Assembly (NCBI GenBank): GCA_963600665.1
Contig: CAVCCL010000197.1
Location: forward strand, 1 to 47,764
DNA from: Bifidobacterium catenulatum
Lineage (GTDB): Bacteria; Bacillota; Clostridia; Lachnospirales; Lachnospiraceae
DNA length: 47,764 bases
Direction: 5' to 3'
Under the pieces are notes generated by a model. It was not told where the DNA came from and searched no databases. It saw only the letters and a list, made by a program, of their open reading frames with translations. The translations under genes and the position numbers were made by a program. Shown here in pieces: positions 18,901-29,150 of the stretch (positions are counted from its first letter, which is position 1; the number at the start of each line of letters is the position of its first letter).

Positions 18901-19713
18901 ATGAAAGATCCTTACGAGGTGCTGGGACTCAAAAGAGGTGCCAGCGAAGAAGAAGTTAAAAAAGCATATAGAAGACTGAGCCGTAAGTATCATCCGGATG
19001 CGAACATAAACAATCCTCACAAGGATGAAGCTGAGGAGAAGTTCAAGGAGATACAGCAGGCGTACAAGTCCATAGTGAGCGGTGAGGCAGATCGTGCAAG
19101 CTACGGCGGTGCAAATGGCGGTTATGGGCCTGGAAGTTCACAGGGCTATGGCGGCGGTTATGGATCTGGCGGTTCATATGGTCCGTATGGTGGAAGTTCT
19201 TACGGCGGTTCGTCAGGAGGCTACGGACAGTATGATGATCCATTTGGCGGTTTCGGAGGATTTGGGCCATTTGGCTTTGGTGGTTATCAGAGACAGAATG
19301 ATTACGATCCGAATGACAAGGATTCCAGATATTTTCAGGCTGCGAAGAACTACATGAACAGCGGAAGTTATGAGGAGGCGAAGAACGTCCTCAATCAGAT
19401 AGAGAATCATGATGCCAAGTGGCACTATTACAGTGGCGTGTGCAACGCTGGACTTGGCAATCAGATAAGAGCCATGGAGATGCTGAAGCGTGCAATGGAG
19501 CTTGAGCCGGGCAATCAGGAATACCGTCAGGCGTATGAGTCCATCAAGAGCGGCCGTCAGTGGTACATGGACAGAGGTGCCGGGTATGGAATGGATATGC
19601 CGACCGGCGGAAAGTTCTGCAACAACCTTTGTACCATATGTGCTCTCATGTCATGCTGCATGGGCGGTGTACCTTGCGTGTGCTGCATGCCGGGCGGATA
19701 TGGACGAAGCTAG
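18901..19713 (+). CDS. J-domain protein with Gly-rich linker, TPR-like helices and Cys-rich tail
   Basis: DPYEVLG...KYHPD J domain; G/Y/F-rich linker; TPR-like AKWHYYSG...AMELEPGN; 8-Cys tail. Confidence 0.9.
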   Translation: MKDPYEVLGLKRGASEEEVKKAYRRLSRKYHPDANINNPHKDEAEEKFKEIQQAYKSIVSGEADRASYGGANGGYGPGSSQGYGGGYGSGGSYGPYGGSSYGGSSGGYGQYDDPFGGFGGFGPFGFGGYQRQNDYDPNDKDSRYFQAAKNYMNSGSYEEAKNVLNQIENHDAKWHYYSGVCNAGLGNQIRAMEMLKRAMELEPGNQEYRQAYESIKSGRQWYMDRGAGYGMDMPTGGKFCNNLCTICALMSCCMGGVPCVCCMPGGYGRS

Positions 19714-19725
19714 ATAAAGCTAGAT

Positions 19726-19760
19726 AAAACCCCTGGGAGTCGCCTCTCCCAGGGGTTTTG
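19726..19760 (+). terminator. Rho-independent terminator
   Basis: AAAACCCCTGGGAG / CTCCCAGGGGTTTT. Confidence 0.85.
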
Positions 19761-20017
19761 TAATATATACGTGCTGCGTTTACAATATTCTGGTGATCGA
19801 TGAAACCACGTGAATTCTCAATTAATTCAGATATTATCAGACATTTATCGACATAACACGTGAAAAAACTGTTAATTCTATTTGACTATAGTCTAATTTT
19901 ATGGTGTTATTTAACAAATTTTTCCTCATGTATTGTTAAAAAAAAGGGTTGATGATAGAATAAAACAGTGAAAATGGAAATAAATATAGTTATTTATCCA
20001 AGGAGGGAATGAATCAG

Positions 20018-22465
20018 ATGAAGATGTTAGCAGATTTCGATAAGGAAGGCTTCAAGAAGGAAGTCATTACTAACGTAAAGACCCTTTTCCGTAAGCCTAT
20101 CGAGGAGGCTACTCCACAGCAGGTATTCCAGGCAGTCAGCTACGCAGTTAAGGACGACATCATTGACAGATGGATTGCTACACACAAGGAGTATGAGAAG
20201 AAGAACGTCAAGACAGTTTACTATCTGTCTATGGAGTTCCTTATGGGTAGAGCACTCGGTAACAATCTTATCAACTTAACCTACTACGATGCAGTTAAGG
20301 AAGCACTTGACGAGTTAGGATTTGACCTGAACTTTATAGAGGATCAGGAGCCTGATGCCGCTCTGGGTAATGGCGGTCTCGGACGTCTTGCAGCTTGTTT
20401 CCTTGATTCATTGGCAACACTTGGCTATCCTGCATATGGATGTGGTATCAGATACAAGTATGGTATGTTCAAGCAGGGCATCAAGGATGGTTATCAGTTA
20501 GAGATGCCAGATGACTGGCTCAAGGATGGCAACCCATTTGAGGTTAAGCGTTCAGAGTACGCTGTAGAAGTTAAGTTCGGTGGATATGTCAGAGTTGAGA
20601 ACAGAAATGGCAGAAACTACTTTATACAGGATGGATATCAGTCAGTTCGTGCCGTACCTTATGACCTTCCAGTCATCGGTTATGGCAACAACGTTGTAAA
20701 TACACTTAGAATCTGGGATGCTGAGGCAATCCAGGAGTTCTGCCTTGACTCATTTGACAAGGGTGAATATGAGAAGGCAGTAGAGCAGCAGAACCTTGCC
20801 AAGACAATCGTTGAGGTTCTCTATCCAAATGACAATCACTATGCAGGTAAGGAACTGAGACTGAGACAGCAGTATTTCTTCATCTCAGCATCAGTACAGA
20901 GAGCAATCCTCAAGTTCAAGGAGCTCAACAAGGACATCCACAAGCTGCCTGATAAGGTAACATTCCAGATGAATGATACACACCCAACAGTAGCAGTTGC
21001 CGAGCTCATGAGAATCCTCATGGATGAGGAAGGTCTTGAGTGGGATGACGCTTGGGATATCACAACAAGAACATGTGCATACACCAACCATACCATCATG
21101 GCAGAGGCACTTGAGAAGTGGCCGATCGAGCTGTTCTCAAGATTACTTCCACGTATCTACCAGATCGTTGAGGAGATCAACAGAAGATTCGTTCTCAAGA
21201 TCCAGGAGATGTATCCGGGCAACCAGGATAAGGTTAAGAACATGGCAGTTCTGTACGATGGCCAGGTTAAGATGGCTCATCTTGCAATCGCAGGTTCTTA
21301 CTCAGTAAATGGTGTTGCAGCTCTTCATACCAAGATCCTTGAGGAGAGAGAGCTTAAGGACTTCTATGAGATGAGACCAGAGCAGTTCAACAACAAGACA
21401 AATGGTATCACTCAGAGACGTTTCCTGCTTCATGCTAACCCACTTCTTGCAAACTGGATCACAGACAAGATCGGTGACGAGTGGATAACAAATCTTTCAC
21501 ACCTTAAGAAGCTTAAGGTATATGTGAACGATGAGAAGTGCCAGCAGGAGTTCATGAACATCAAGTATCAGAACAAGATCCGTCTTGCAAAGTACATCAA
21601 GGAGCACAACAATGTGGATGTAGATCCTCGTTCAATCTTCGATGTACAGGTTAAGAGACTTCATGAGTACAAGAGACAGCTCCTGAACATTCTTCATGTT
21701 ATGCATCTGTATAACAGACTGAAGACAGAGCCAGAATTCGATATGTACCCAAGAACATTCATCTTTGGAGCAAAGGCATCAGCAGGATACAAGAGAGCTA
21801 AGCTTATCATCAAGCTCATCAACTCAGTTGCAGATGTTGTCAACAACGATGCTTCAATCGAGGGCAAGATAAAGGTTGTATTTATAGAGAACTACAGAGT
21901 ATCAAATGCAGAGATCATCTTCGCAGCAGCAGATGTATCAGAGCAGATCTCAACAGCTTCAAGAGAGGCTTCAGGTACAGGTAACATGAAGTTCATGCTG
22001 AACGGTGCACCTACACTTGGAACTATGGATGGAGCAAACGTAGAGATCGTTGAGGAAGTTGGCATCGAGAACGCATTTATCTTCGGACTTTCAGCAGAAG
22101 AGGTTATGAAGTATGAGCGTGAGGGTGGCTATAACCCAATGGATATCTACAACAACAACCAGGCTGTAAGAAGAGTTCTCACACAGCTCATCGATGGTAC
22201 TTATGCACCGGATGATCCAGACAGATTCAGAGATCTCTATGATTCTCTTACAAAGGAAGATGTATACTTCATCCTCAAGGATTTCGATTCATATGCAGAG
22301 GCTCAGCAGAAGGTCAACGAGGCATATCAGGATGAGAAGGGCTGGGCAAAGATGGCTATGCTCAACACATCATGCGCTGGTAAGTTCTCATCAGACAGAA
22401 CTATCGAGGAGTATGCAAAGGAGATCTGGAAGCTTAAGAAGGTTAAGGTTTCCCTTGATAAGTAA
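20018..22465 (+). CDS. glgP: Glycogen/alpha-glucan phosphorylase
   Basis: LGNGGLGRLAACF, NDTHP, KRLHEYKRQLLN and EASGTGNMK (PLP Lys). Start 20018 chosen on SD spacing; 20009 is possible. Confidence 0.97.
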   Translation: MKMLADFDKEGFKKEVITNVKTLFRKPIEEATPQQVFQAVSYAVKDDIIDRWIATHKEYEKKNVKTVYYLSMEFLMGRALGNNLINLTYYDAVKEALDELGFDLNFIEDQEPDAALGNGGLGRLAACFLDSLATLGYPAYGCGIRYKYGMFKQGIKDGYQLEMPDDWLKDGNPFEVKRSEYAVEVKFGGYVRVENRNGRNYFIQDGYQSVRAVPYDLPVIGYGNNVVNTLRIWDAEAIQEFCLDSFDKGEYEKAVEQQNLAKTIVEVLYPNDNHYAGKELRLRQQYFFISASVQRAILKFKELNKDIHKLPDKVTFQMNDTHPTVAVAELMRILMDEEGLEWDDAWDITTRTCAYTNHTIMAEALEKWPIELFSRLLPRIYQIVEEINRRFVLKIQEMYPGNQDKVKNMAVLYDGQVKMAHLAIAGSYSVNGVAALHTKILEERELKDFYEMRPEQFNNKTNGITQRRFLLHANPLLANWITDKIGDEWITNLSHLKKLKVYVNDEKCQQEFMNIKYQNKIRLAKYIKEHNNVDVDPRSIFDVQVKRLHEYKRQLLNILHVMHLYNRLKTEPEFDMYPRTFIFGAKASAGYKRAKLIIKLINSVADVVNNDASIEGKIKVVFIENYRVSNAEIIFAAADVSEQISTASREASGTGNMKFMLNGAPTLGTMDGANVEIVEEVGIENAFIFGLSAEEVMKYEREGGYNPMDIYNNNQAVRRVLTQLIDGTYAPDDPDRFRDLYDSLTKEDVYFILKDFDSYAEAQQKVNEAYQDEKGWAKMAMLNTSCAGKFSSDRTIEEYAKEIWKLKKVKVSLDK

Positions 22466-22497
22466 TTATCAGATAGAATGAAATAACAAAATAACGG

Positions 22498-22542
22498 ACG
22501 GACATCATATGGCGAAGATCATGTGGTGTCCGTTTTTATTTT
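22498..22542 (+). terminator. Rho-independent terminator
   Basis: ACGGACATCATATG / CATGTGGTGTCCGT plus T-run. Confidence 0.8.
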
Positions 22543-22621
22543 GCATCTGTTAATACATCCGCGGCTATGTTATGATAAATATATATACGTTATGTTGTGA
22601 TGAAAAGGGGGTTATACACAT

Positions 22622-23698
22622 ATGAAAGGTAGAAGATTGAGACACAGACTCACGGCTCTGCTGCTTGTATTTGCAATGATATTTACAGCGATAGTTGTAC
22701 AGCCGAACTGTGATGCATTTGCAGCTACGAAGGTAAAGACGCCGGTGGCGACACATGGAAGACTGTCTGTGAAGGGGGCAGATCTGGTGGACGCCAAAGG
22801 CAAGAAATTCCAACTCAGGGGAATCAGCACACACGGAATCAACTGGGATGTGGGATATCCGTATGTGAACAAGGCGGCGTTCAAGACATTGAGAGACGAT
22901 TGGGGAGTTAACGCGGTAAGACTTGCCATGTATACATCCGAATACAACGGCTATTGCGCGGGCGGCAGCAAAGCGGCACTCCGCAATCAGATATACAAGG
23001 GTGTGAAATATGCGACCGACCTAGGAATGTATGTGATCATCGACTGGCACATACTCAACGACGGCAATCCTATGACACAGGTTGCAGAGGCAAGAAGATT
23101 CTTTGCAACCATGGCGAAGAAGTATAAGAAACAGAAAAATATCATTTATGAGATATGCAATGAGCCAAATGGCTGCGACTGGAAGACCGTCAAGCGATAT
23201 GCGTCCCAGGTCATAAAGGTCATAAGAAAGTATGACAAGAAGGCGATCATCGTAGTTGGAACGCCGACGTGGTCCCAGCTCGGCTCGGACGGAACACACA
23301 ATGAGGTTGCGGATAACCCTATCAAGGGATATAAGAATATAATGTACTCACTCCATTTCTATGCAAATGAGTGGAGCCACAATCAGTATCTTCCTGCGAA
23401 ACTGGCATATGCAAGGAAGAAGGGGATAGCGGTCATGGTAACAGAGTTTGGAATGTCAGCGGCAAGCGGCGACGGCGGCATAAGCAAAGCCTACACCGGC
23501 AAATGGCTGACCAGACTCAACAAGGCGAATGTCAGTTATTTCTGCTGGAGTCTCAGCAACAAGAATGAATCGGCATCCCTCCTGGCATCGTGGACGAGCA
23601 AGACGAGCCGGTGGAAGACGAGCGAGCTGTCTGAGGCAGGCCGTTATATTAGAGCGAAATACAGAGCCCGCAAGAAGGCTCTCGGAAGCAGGGCGTAA
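22622..23698 (+). CDS. Secreted glycoside hydrolase family 5 endoglucanase (GH5_2-like)
   Basis: Signal peptide; QLRGISTHG, IIDWH, YEICNEP (acid/base), HFYA, VTEFG (nucleophile), WSLSNK. Confidence 0.93.
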   Translation: MKGRRLRHRLTALLLVFAMIFTAIVVQPNCDAFAATKVKTPVATHGRLSVKGADLVDAKGKKFQLRGISTHGINWDVGYPYVNKAAFKTLRDDWGVNAVRLAMYTSEYNGYCAGGSKAALRNQIYKGVKYATDLGMYVIIDWHILNDGNPMTQVAEARRFFATMAKKYKKQKNIIYEICNEPNGCDWKTVKRYASQVIKVIRKYDKKAIIVVGTPTWSQLGSDGTHNEVADNPIKGYKNIMYSLHFYANEWSHNQYLPAKLAYARKKGIAVMVTEFGMSAASGDGGISKAYTGKWLTRLNKANVSYFCWSLSNKNESASLLASWTSKTSRWKTSELSEAGRYIRAKYRARKKALGSRA

Positions 23699-23737
23699 CG
23701 GGAAGCGGTGAGGAATCCCGTGATATTAAGAAGCAAT

Positions 23738-23782
23738 AAAAAACAGGCGCTATATAGATCAAAGATCTGTATAGCGCCTGTT
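23738..23782. terminator. Terminator between convergent GH5 and csp genes
   Basis: AACAGGCGCTATATAGATC / GATCTGTATAGCGCCTGTT. Confidence 0.8.
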
Positions 23783-23806
23783 ATTGTGTTAATGGTTATA
23801 TGTGAA

Positions 23807-24022
23807 TTAAGCTACAACTGTTACGTTAGTTGCTCTCTCCTTAGAAGCGTCCTTAGGATCAGCCTCTACGTCAAATGTAACCTTCTGTCCCTCGTTAAGA
23901 GTCTTATATCCATCAGCGTTGATAGCTGAAAAATGAACAAATACGTCCTTTCCTGTCTCATCATCTGAGATGAATCCATAACCCTTTTCTCCGTTGAACC
24001 ACTTAACTGTACCGTTCTTCAT
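23807..24022 (-). CDS. csp: Cold-shock protein
   Basis: [31 protein letters not shown] 7 nt before ATG 24022. Confidence 0.97.
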   Translation of the reverse strand: MKNGTVKWFNGEKGYGFISDDETGKDVFVHFSAINADGYKTLNEGQKVTFDVEADPKDASKERATNVTVVA

Positions 24023-24148
24023 CACGAGTACCTCCTAAAAATGAAAATTTGTACTCAATGAAAACACTACAATATACCTTATAGAGAATACTCCAAAGAA
24101 AAGCTTACCTTATATAGCAATCGAACCGTTAATCTTGAATACGCTACT

Positions 24149-24177
24149 ATCATATTATGTCATGTTGCATTTGTCAA
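24149..24177 (-). promoter_or_regulatory. Sigma-A promoter of csp (long 5' UTR, ~120 nt)
   Basis: Minus strand TTGACA-N17-TATGAT. Confidence 0.75.
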
Positions 24178-24283
24178 TAAACGATACGACTAAAATTTGC
24201 GTTAAGATTTCTCAGTAAAATGGGTATATGAGCAGTGTAAAAACGATATATATATAAGAGGTATAAAAATGTGGGAGGGTGAA

Positions 24284-25234
24284 ATGAGGAATGCAAAGAC
24301 GATCATTATAGGGATTGCGTGTGCTATGGCACTTGCTTACATAATATCAGGAATATACGACAAGGCGGTTGGGGGCGATGACACTGACGGATCGGCAAAA
24401 AGCGGACGCAATGTGTGTATTTATGATAATGGAGAGTATTCCCTGGTGGATGTGGAGGAGTATACAGCATCGACGCTGGCGGGAATGATGAGTGACAAAT
24501 GGAGCGATGAAATGCTCAAGGCGGTCGCAGTTGTGGTGAGGACCGGAATCTATTACCAGATGGATGAAAATGACAGGAATTCCACAGCACAGGGTCAGAC
24601 AAAAAATCTTATAAATGAGTCGCAGCTCCGGGAGATAAGATATACGGAATCGCAGCTCAAGAAGAAATGGGGAGGCGAGTGCTCCGGGATAATGAGAAGG
24701 GCGGAGAAGGCGGTGTATGCGACCGGTGGACAGGTTATGAAATACGGTGGAGAGGTAATACTTCCGGCGTATCATATGATAAGTACAGGGCATACTGTGA
24801 GTGCACAGGAAATATATGGGCATGACATACCGTATCTCAGGCAGGTGGCAAGTGATGTGGATCAGATGGCGGAGGACTTTTCGACCACTGAGATATACAG
24901 CGGGGACAGGCTTCAGAAGATATTCAGAAAATGGATAGACGCTGATAATATGACGGATGAGGTCAAGGTTGCGACAGCCACAGAGTCGGGATTTGCACGG
25001 ACTATAAATGTATTTGGGAGCGAGCTGGAGGCTGATGTTTTCAAAGAACAACTGGGGCTTGCCTCGACGAATATACACATAGATAAGGTCAAGGATGGCT
25101 ACAGGATAATAACCGTGGGAGTCGGAGATTCCCTTGGATTGTCGCTGTATGGCGCATCGGTGCTGGCGGAGAACGGTGAGAAATATGACCAGATACTTCG
25201 GTATTATTACACAGGTATTGAGATCGCCAGATAA
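24284..25234 (+). CDS. spoIID: SpoIID/LytB-domain protein (degenerate)
   Basis: N-terminal TM; EEY..., EMLKAVAVVVRT, ATGGQVM, PYLRQVAS, GLAST, GLSLYGA and ILRYYYTG; sits before a spoIIQ-like gene. Confidence 0.75.
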   Translation: MRNAKTIIIGIACAMALAYIISGIYDKAVGGDDTDGSAKSGRNVCIYDNGEYSLVDVEEYTASTLAGMMSDKWSDEMLKAVAVVVRTGIYYQMDENDRNSTAQGQTKNLINESQLREIRYTESQLKKKWGGECSGIMRRAEKAVYATGGQVMKYGGEVILPAYHMISTGHTVSAQEIYGHDIPYLRQVASDVDQMAEDFSTTEIYSGDRLQKIFRKWIDADNMTDEVKVATATESGFARTINVFGSELEADVFKEQLGLASTNIHIDKVKDGYRIITVGVGDSLGLSLYGASVLAENGEKYDQILRYYYTGIEIAR

Positions 25235-25271
25235 TGGCCGCCGGAAAATTATTTACATATTCACATCATCT

Positions 25272-25301
25272 GTATATAAGTGCCAATAAGTGGACATGAT
25301 A
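25272..25301 (+). promoter_or_regulatory. Sigma-F-type forespore promoter
   Basis: GTATA-N15-GGACATGATA matches GYATA-N15-GGnnAnAHTR. Confidence 0.65.
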
Positions 25302-25318
25302 CAGATGAGGTGATGAAT

Positions 25319-26080
25319 ATGAAGAAATTTTTGGGCGGCATAAAGAAGAATATATTTTATATCTCGCTCATCACAGGTATGGCAGTGCTTGTGACGGTGC
25401 TCGGACTTTATAACGCACAGACTAATTCAAAGGAGAAGACCATAACAATAGGACAGAATACGCCGAATGACAGTACGACAGAAGCCGATGCGAAGGAAAC
25501 TTTGAACGATAAGAAGAATGATAAGAACAGCGGAGTGTCAGATAAAGGTACATCAGAGCAGAAGGACATAGAAGCGGATAATACCACAGAGAATTCCACT
25601 GTATCCACAGCGGAGAGCGAGAGTGCTGAGACTGGAGCTTCAGGAGTTTCAAATGACAACCTGCATTACGATCCAAAGGATAGCATATCATGGCCTATAA
25701 ATGGCAATGTGATAATTCCTTACAGCATGGATACGACAGTGTATTTTGAGACACTCAAGGAATACAAGTGCAGTCCTGCCATGGTAATTGAGGCGCAGGC
25801 GGGCGATGAAGTCAAGGCTGTATATGAGAGCAAGGTGGCGGAGGTCTCAAGCAACCCAGAGCTGGGCAATTACGTCAAGCTTGAGCTTGGAGACGGCTAT
25901 ACCGTGACACTTGGACAGCTTCAGGATGTCAAGGTTGCACTTGGCGAGCATCTGGATGCCGGCCAGGTAGTGGGAACCGTCGGCGAGCCAAGCAGATTCT
26001 ACAGCGAGGAAGGAAGCAATCTCTATTTTGCAGTCGAGAAGGACGGCAACCCTGTGGACCCTATGCTGCTTATACAGTAG
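25319..26080 (+). CDS. spoIIQ: SpoIIQ-like M23/LytM-domain protein (degenerate Zn site)
   Basis: N-terminal TM, acidic linker, WPINGNV, LGNYVKL, GQVVGTVG and NLYFAVEKDGNPVDP; sigma-F promoter; follows spoIID. Confidence 0.72.
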   Translation: MKKFLGGIKKNIFYISLITGMAVLVTVLGLYNAQTNSKEKTITIGQNTPNDSTTEADAKETLNDKKNDKNSGVSDKGTSEQKDIEADNTTENSTVSTAESESAETGASGVSNDNLHYDPKDSISWPINGNVIIPYSMDTTVYFETLKEYKCSPAMVIEAQAGDEVKAVYESKVAEVSSNPELGNYVKLELGDGYTVTLGQLQDVKVALGEHLDAGQVVGTVGEPSRFYSEEGSNLYFAVEKDGNPVDPMLLIQ

Positions 26081-26298
26081 GGGAGTGTTGGCTAGGTTGC
26101 TAATTATCGGAAAATATAAAATACCACAAAATTGTATCTTTTTGAGACAAAAACAGATGAAAAGATACAGGAATTAAAAAGCTTGTGACGTTTTTAAGGA
26201 AAAGTCCATGAAAGGATACAATATTGTATCTTTTACGAGGATAACACAGTGTTTTGCAACAATCCCGTGGAGGGATGAAGAAGATAGGCCATATAAAC

Positions 26299-26341
26299 AA
26301 AAAGCCCCACAATATCTAAAAATAGATATTGTGGGGCTTTC
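26299..26341. terminator. Bidirectional terminator
   Basis: AAAAGCCCCACAATATCTA / TAGATATTGTGGGGCTTTT-like inverted repeat. Confidence 0.85.
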
Positions 26342-26396
26342 GCACTATATACTTACGTATATTCTCTCAAATGTGCTTTATAATCCACGGTCTGTA

Positions 26397-28880
26397 TTAG
26401 CCCATTACAACCTCTACTGAGTGAGTCTTGCCATCGCCAAATGCTGGGATAACGTTGCCCTCGATAGCGTTGCCATCAACGAGTACGCTCTTAACGCCCT
26501 TGTTGATGTGATCTGGGTTAGAAACCTTGATGTCGTATGTAGCGCCACGGAACTGACGTGTAGCTGTCATTCCATCCCATGCAGCAGGAATTGATGGATC
26601 GATCTTCAGACCATCGAAGTCTGCTGAGATACCAAGGATGTACTGTGATATAGCTACCATATTCCAAGCAGCAGTACCTGTCAGCCATGAGTTCTTGCCT
26701 TGTCCGAAGTGGTTGCCTGGCTTGCCGATATCTGATCCGGCATCCTTACCACCGATCATCTGGCCGTATACATATGGCTCAGTCTTGTGTATATCTGATG
26801 TCTCCTCAGTGAAAGCAGGAGCTATCTCTGAGTAATACTTAAATGCCTGATCGCCGGCACCTGCGTAAGCAGCAGCACAGATGATCCATGCATTGTTATG
26901 TGTGAAGATTCCGGCATTCTCCTTGTATCCACCTGGGTATGTAGAAATCTCACCATACTGGATGTAATACTTTGTAAATGCTGGGTTGTTGAGTACAAGT
27001 CCGTGCTGTGTATTAAGTCTCTCATCGATTGCGGCAAGAGTCTTCTTGTCGCAGCCCTGATCCTTACCGATGTCTGACATGATAGCGAATCCCTGTGGCT
27101 CGATGAAGATCTGACCTTCCTCGCACTCCTTAGATCCCATCTTCTCGCCATTTGCATCGTAAGCTCTGAGGAACCAGTCGCCGTCCCATGCTGACTCCAT
27201 GATGTTGGCCTTCATCTTGTCGATCTCAGCCTGAGCAGCATCAGCCTCAGCGTCCATTCCAAGGTGCTTTAGGATAGCAACGTAGTTAGGACCTGCATAT
27301 GTGAAGAGTGTAGCAACCATAACTGACTCAGCAACCTTTGAGTATCCGCCTTCAGCAGCGAACTTAGGGTTGGTGTATGTCTGGAAGCTCTCACCTGGTG
27401 TATCTGAGAAGCATGAAAGGTTGATACAATCATTCCAGTCAGCTCTCATTGCAAGTGGAAGTCCGTGTGGTCCAAGGTTGTTCACGATCTTGTAGAATGA
27501 AACCTTGAGGTGGTCAAGCATAGGCTTTGCAATTGACATATCGTTGTCATATGGAACCATCTCGTCAAGGATGCCCCAGTCGCCTGTCTCCTTGATGTAA
27601 GCTGATACAGAAAGGATCAGCCATAATGGATCATCTGAGAAGTCTCCACCGATATCTGCGTTACCCTTTTTGGTAAGTGGCTGGTACTGATGGTAGCATC
27701 CACCGTCTGGGAACTGTGTTGAAGCTATATCGATGATTCTCTCTCTTGCACGATCAGGGATCTGATGAACAAATCCAAGTACATCCTGGTTGGAATCACG
27801 GAATCCCATACCACGGCCGATACCTGACTCGAAGTATGAAGCTGAACGTGAAAGGTTGAAAGTAACCATACACTGATACTGATTCCAGATGTTGACCATA
27901 CGGTTAACCTTGTCATCAGGAGTGTTGACGTTGAGAATGCTCAACAGTCTGTTCCAGTGCTCCTTGAGCTCCTCAAGACCTGCAGCAACCTTCTCAGGAG
28001 TGTTGTACTTCTCGATCATCTCGAGAGCCTTTACCTTATTGATAGTCTTGCCGTCTGCCTCGAACTTCTGGTCAACAGGCATCTCAACATATCCAAGTAT
28101 AAATACAAGAGTCTTTGTCTCGCCTGGAGCAAGAGTGATCTTCTTGTAATGTGAAGCGATAGGTGACCATCCATCAGCAAATGAATCATTTGACTTGCCA
28201 GCCTCAACAGCCTGTGGGTTGTGGAAGCCGTTGTAAAGTCCGATGAATGAATCTCTGTCTGTATCGTAACCATCGATCTCGTCATTCACTGTGTAGAATG
28301 CGAAGTGGTCACGTCTGTCTCTGTACTCTGTCTTGTGGTAGATAGTTGATCCGACAACCTCTACACGACCTGTACTGAAGTTTCTCTGGAAGTTGGTGCA
28401 GTCATCCTGTGCATCCCAGAGACACCACTCCTCAAATGAGAAGAATGAGAATGTCTTCTCCTCTGAGCCTTCATTTGTAAGAACGACCTGCTGAACCTCT
28501 CCAGCGTAGTTCTGAGGAACAAAGAAAGTAACCTCAGCCTTAAGGTCATTCTTCTTACCTGTGATGATTGTATATCCCATACCATGACGGCACTGATACT
28601 CGTCAAGCTCTGTCTTTACCGGTGACCATCCCGGATTCCATATTGTACCATTGTCGTTGATATAGAAATAACGTCCGCCCATATCTATAGGCACGTTGTT
28701 ATAACGATATCTTGTGATTCTACGAAGACGAGCGTCCTTGTAGAAGCTGTAACCTCCTGCAGTGTTGGAGATCAGTGAAAAGAAATCCTGTGTTCCAAGG
28801 TAGTTGATCCAAGGATAAGGAGTTCTAGGAGATGTGATGACATACTCCTTGTTGGCATCATCAAAATAACCAAATTTCAT
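26397..28880 (-). CDS. cbpA: GH94 cellobiose phosphorylase
   Basis: [48 protein letters not shown] and SWLTGTAAW. Confidence 0.92.
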   Translation of the reverse strand: MKFGYFDDANKEYVITSPRTPYPWINYLGTQDFFSLISNTAGGYSFYKDARLRRITRYRYNNVPIDMGGRYFYINDNGTIWNPGWSPVKTELDEYQCRHGMGYTIITGKKNDLKAEVTFFVPQNYAGEVQQVVLTNEGSEEKTFSFFSFEEWCLWDAQDDCTNFQRNFSTGRVEVVGSTIYHKTEYRDRRDHFAFYTVNDEIDGYDTDRDSFIGLYNGFHNPQAVEAGKSNDSFADGWSPIASHYKKITLAPGETKTLVFILGYVEMPVDQKFEADGKTINKVKALEMIEKYNTPEKVAAGLEELKEHWNRLLSILNVNTPDDKVNRMVNIWNQYQCMVTFNLSRSASYFESGIGRGMGFRDSNQDVLGFVHQIPDRARERIIDIASTQFPDGGCYHQYQPLTKKGNADIGGDFSDDPLWLILSVSAYIKETGDWGILDEMVPYDNDMSIAKPMLDHLKVSFYKIVNNLGPHGLPLAMRADWNDCINLSCFSDTPGESFQTYTNPKFAAEGGYSKVAESVMVATLFTYAGPNYVAILKHLGMDAEADAAQAEIDKMKANIMESAWDGDWFLRAYDANGEKMGSKECEEGQIFIEPQGFAIMSDIGKDQGCDKKTLAAIDERLNTQHGLVLNNPAFTKYYIQYGEISTYPGGYKENAGIFTHNNAWIICAAAYAGAGDQAFKYYSEIAPAFTEETSDIHKTEPYVYGQMIGGKDAGSDIGKPGNHFGQGKNSWLTGTAAWNMVAISQYILGISADFDGLKIDPSIPAAWDGMTATRQFRGATYDIKVSNPDHINKGVKSVLVDGNAIEGNVIPAFGDGKTHSVEVVMG

Positions 28881-29150
28881 GTAGCATATACCTTCCTTCC
28901 AATGTTTTGTGAAGGCTTCCAGATGGCTATGCCAGCCCCCCTGAAGCCGCTTTTGTATCGACTTGTGCTAAATTCTCCCTTAAAGTCAGCCATACACTCT
29001 GATTATATAATAAAAGACTTTAAAACACAACAAAGTTATAGTGAAAATTGCACAATTACTAAATGTATTAATTCCTGTATTTGAGTAATTAATTGATGCT
29101 TATGCTGTGTTATACTGTATAATATCAAAACAGTATAGGAGTTATTTACT

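Noticed and set aside
24224..24252. Sigma-E promoter for spoIID (GTATATG-N14-GATATATA)
   Set aside because: Spacing fits, but the -10 lacks the conserved C and the region is an AT repeat; too weak to call
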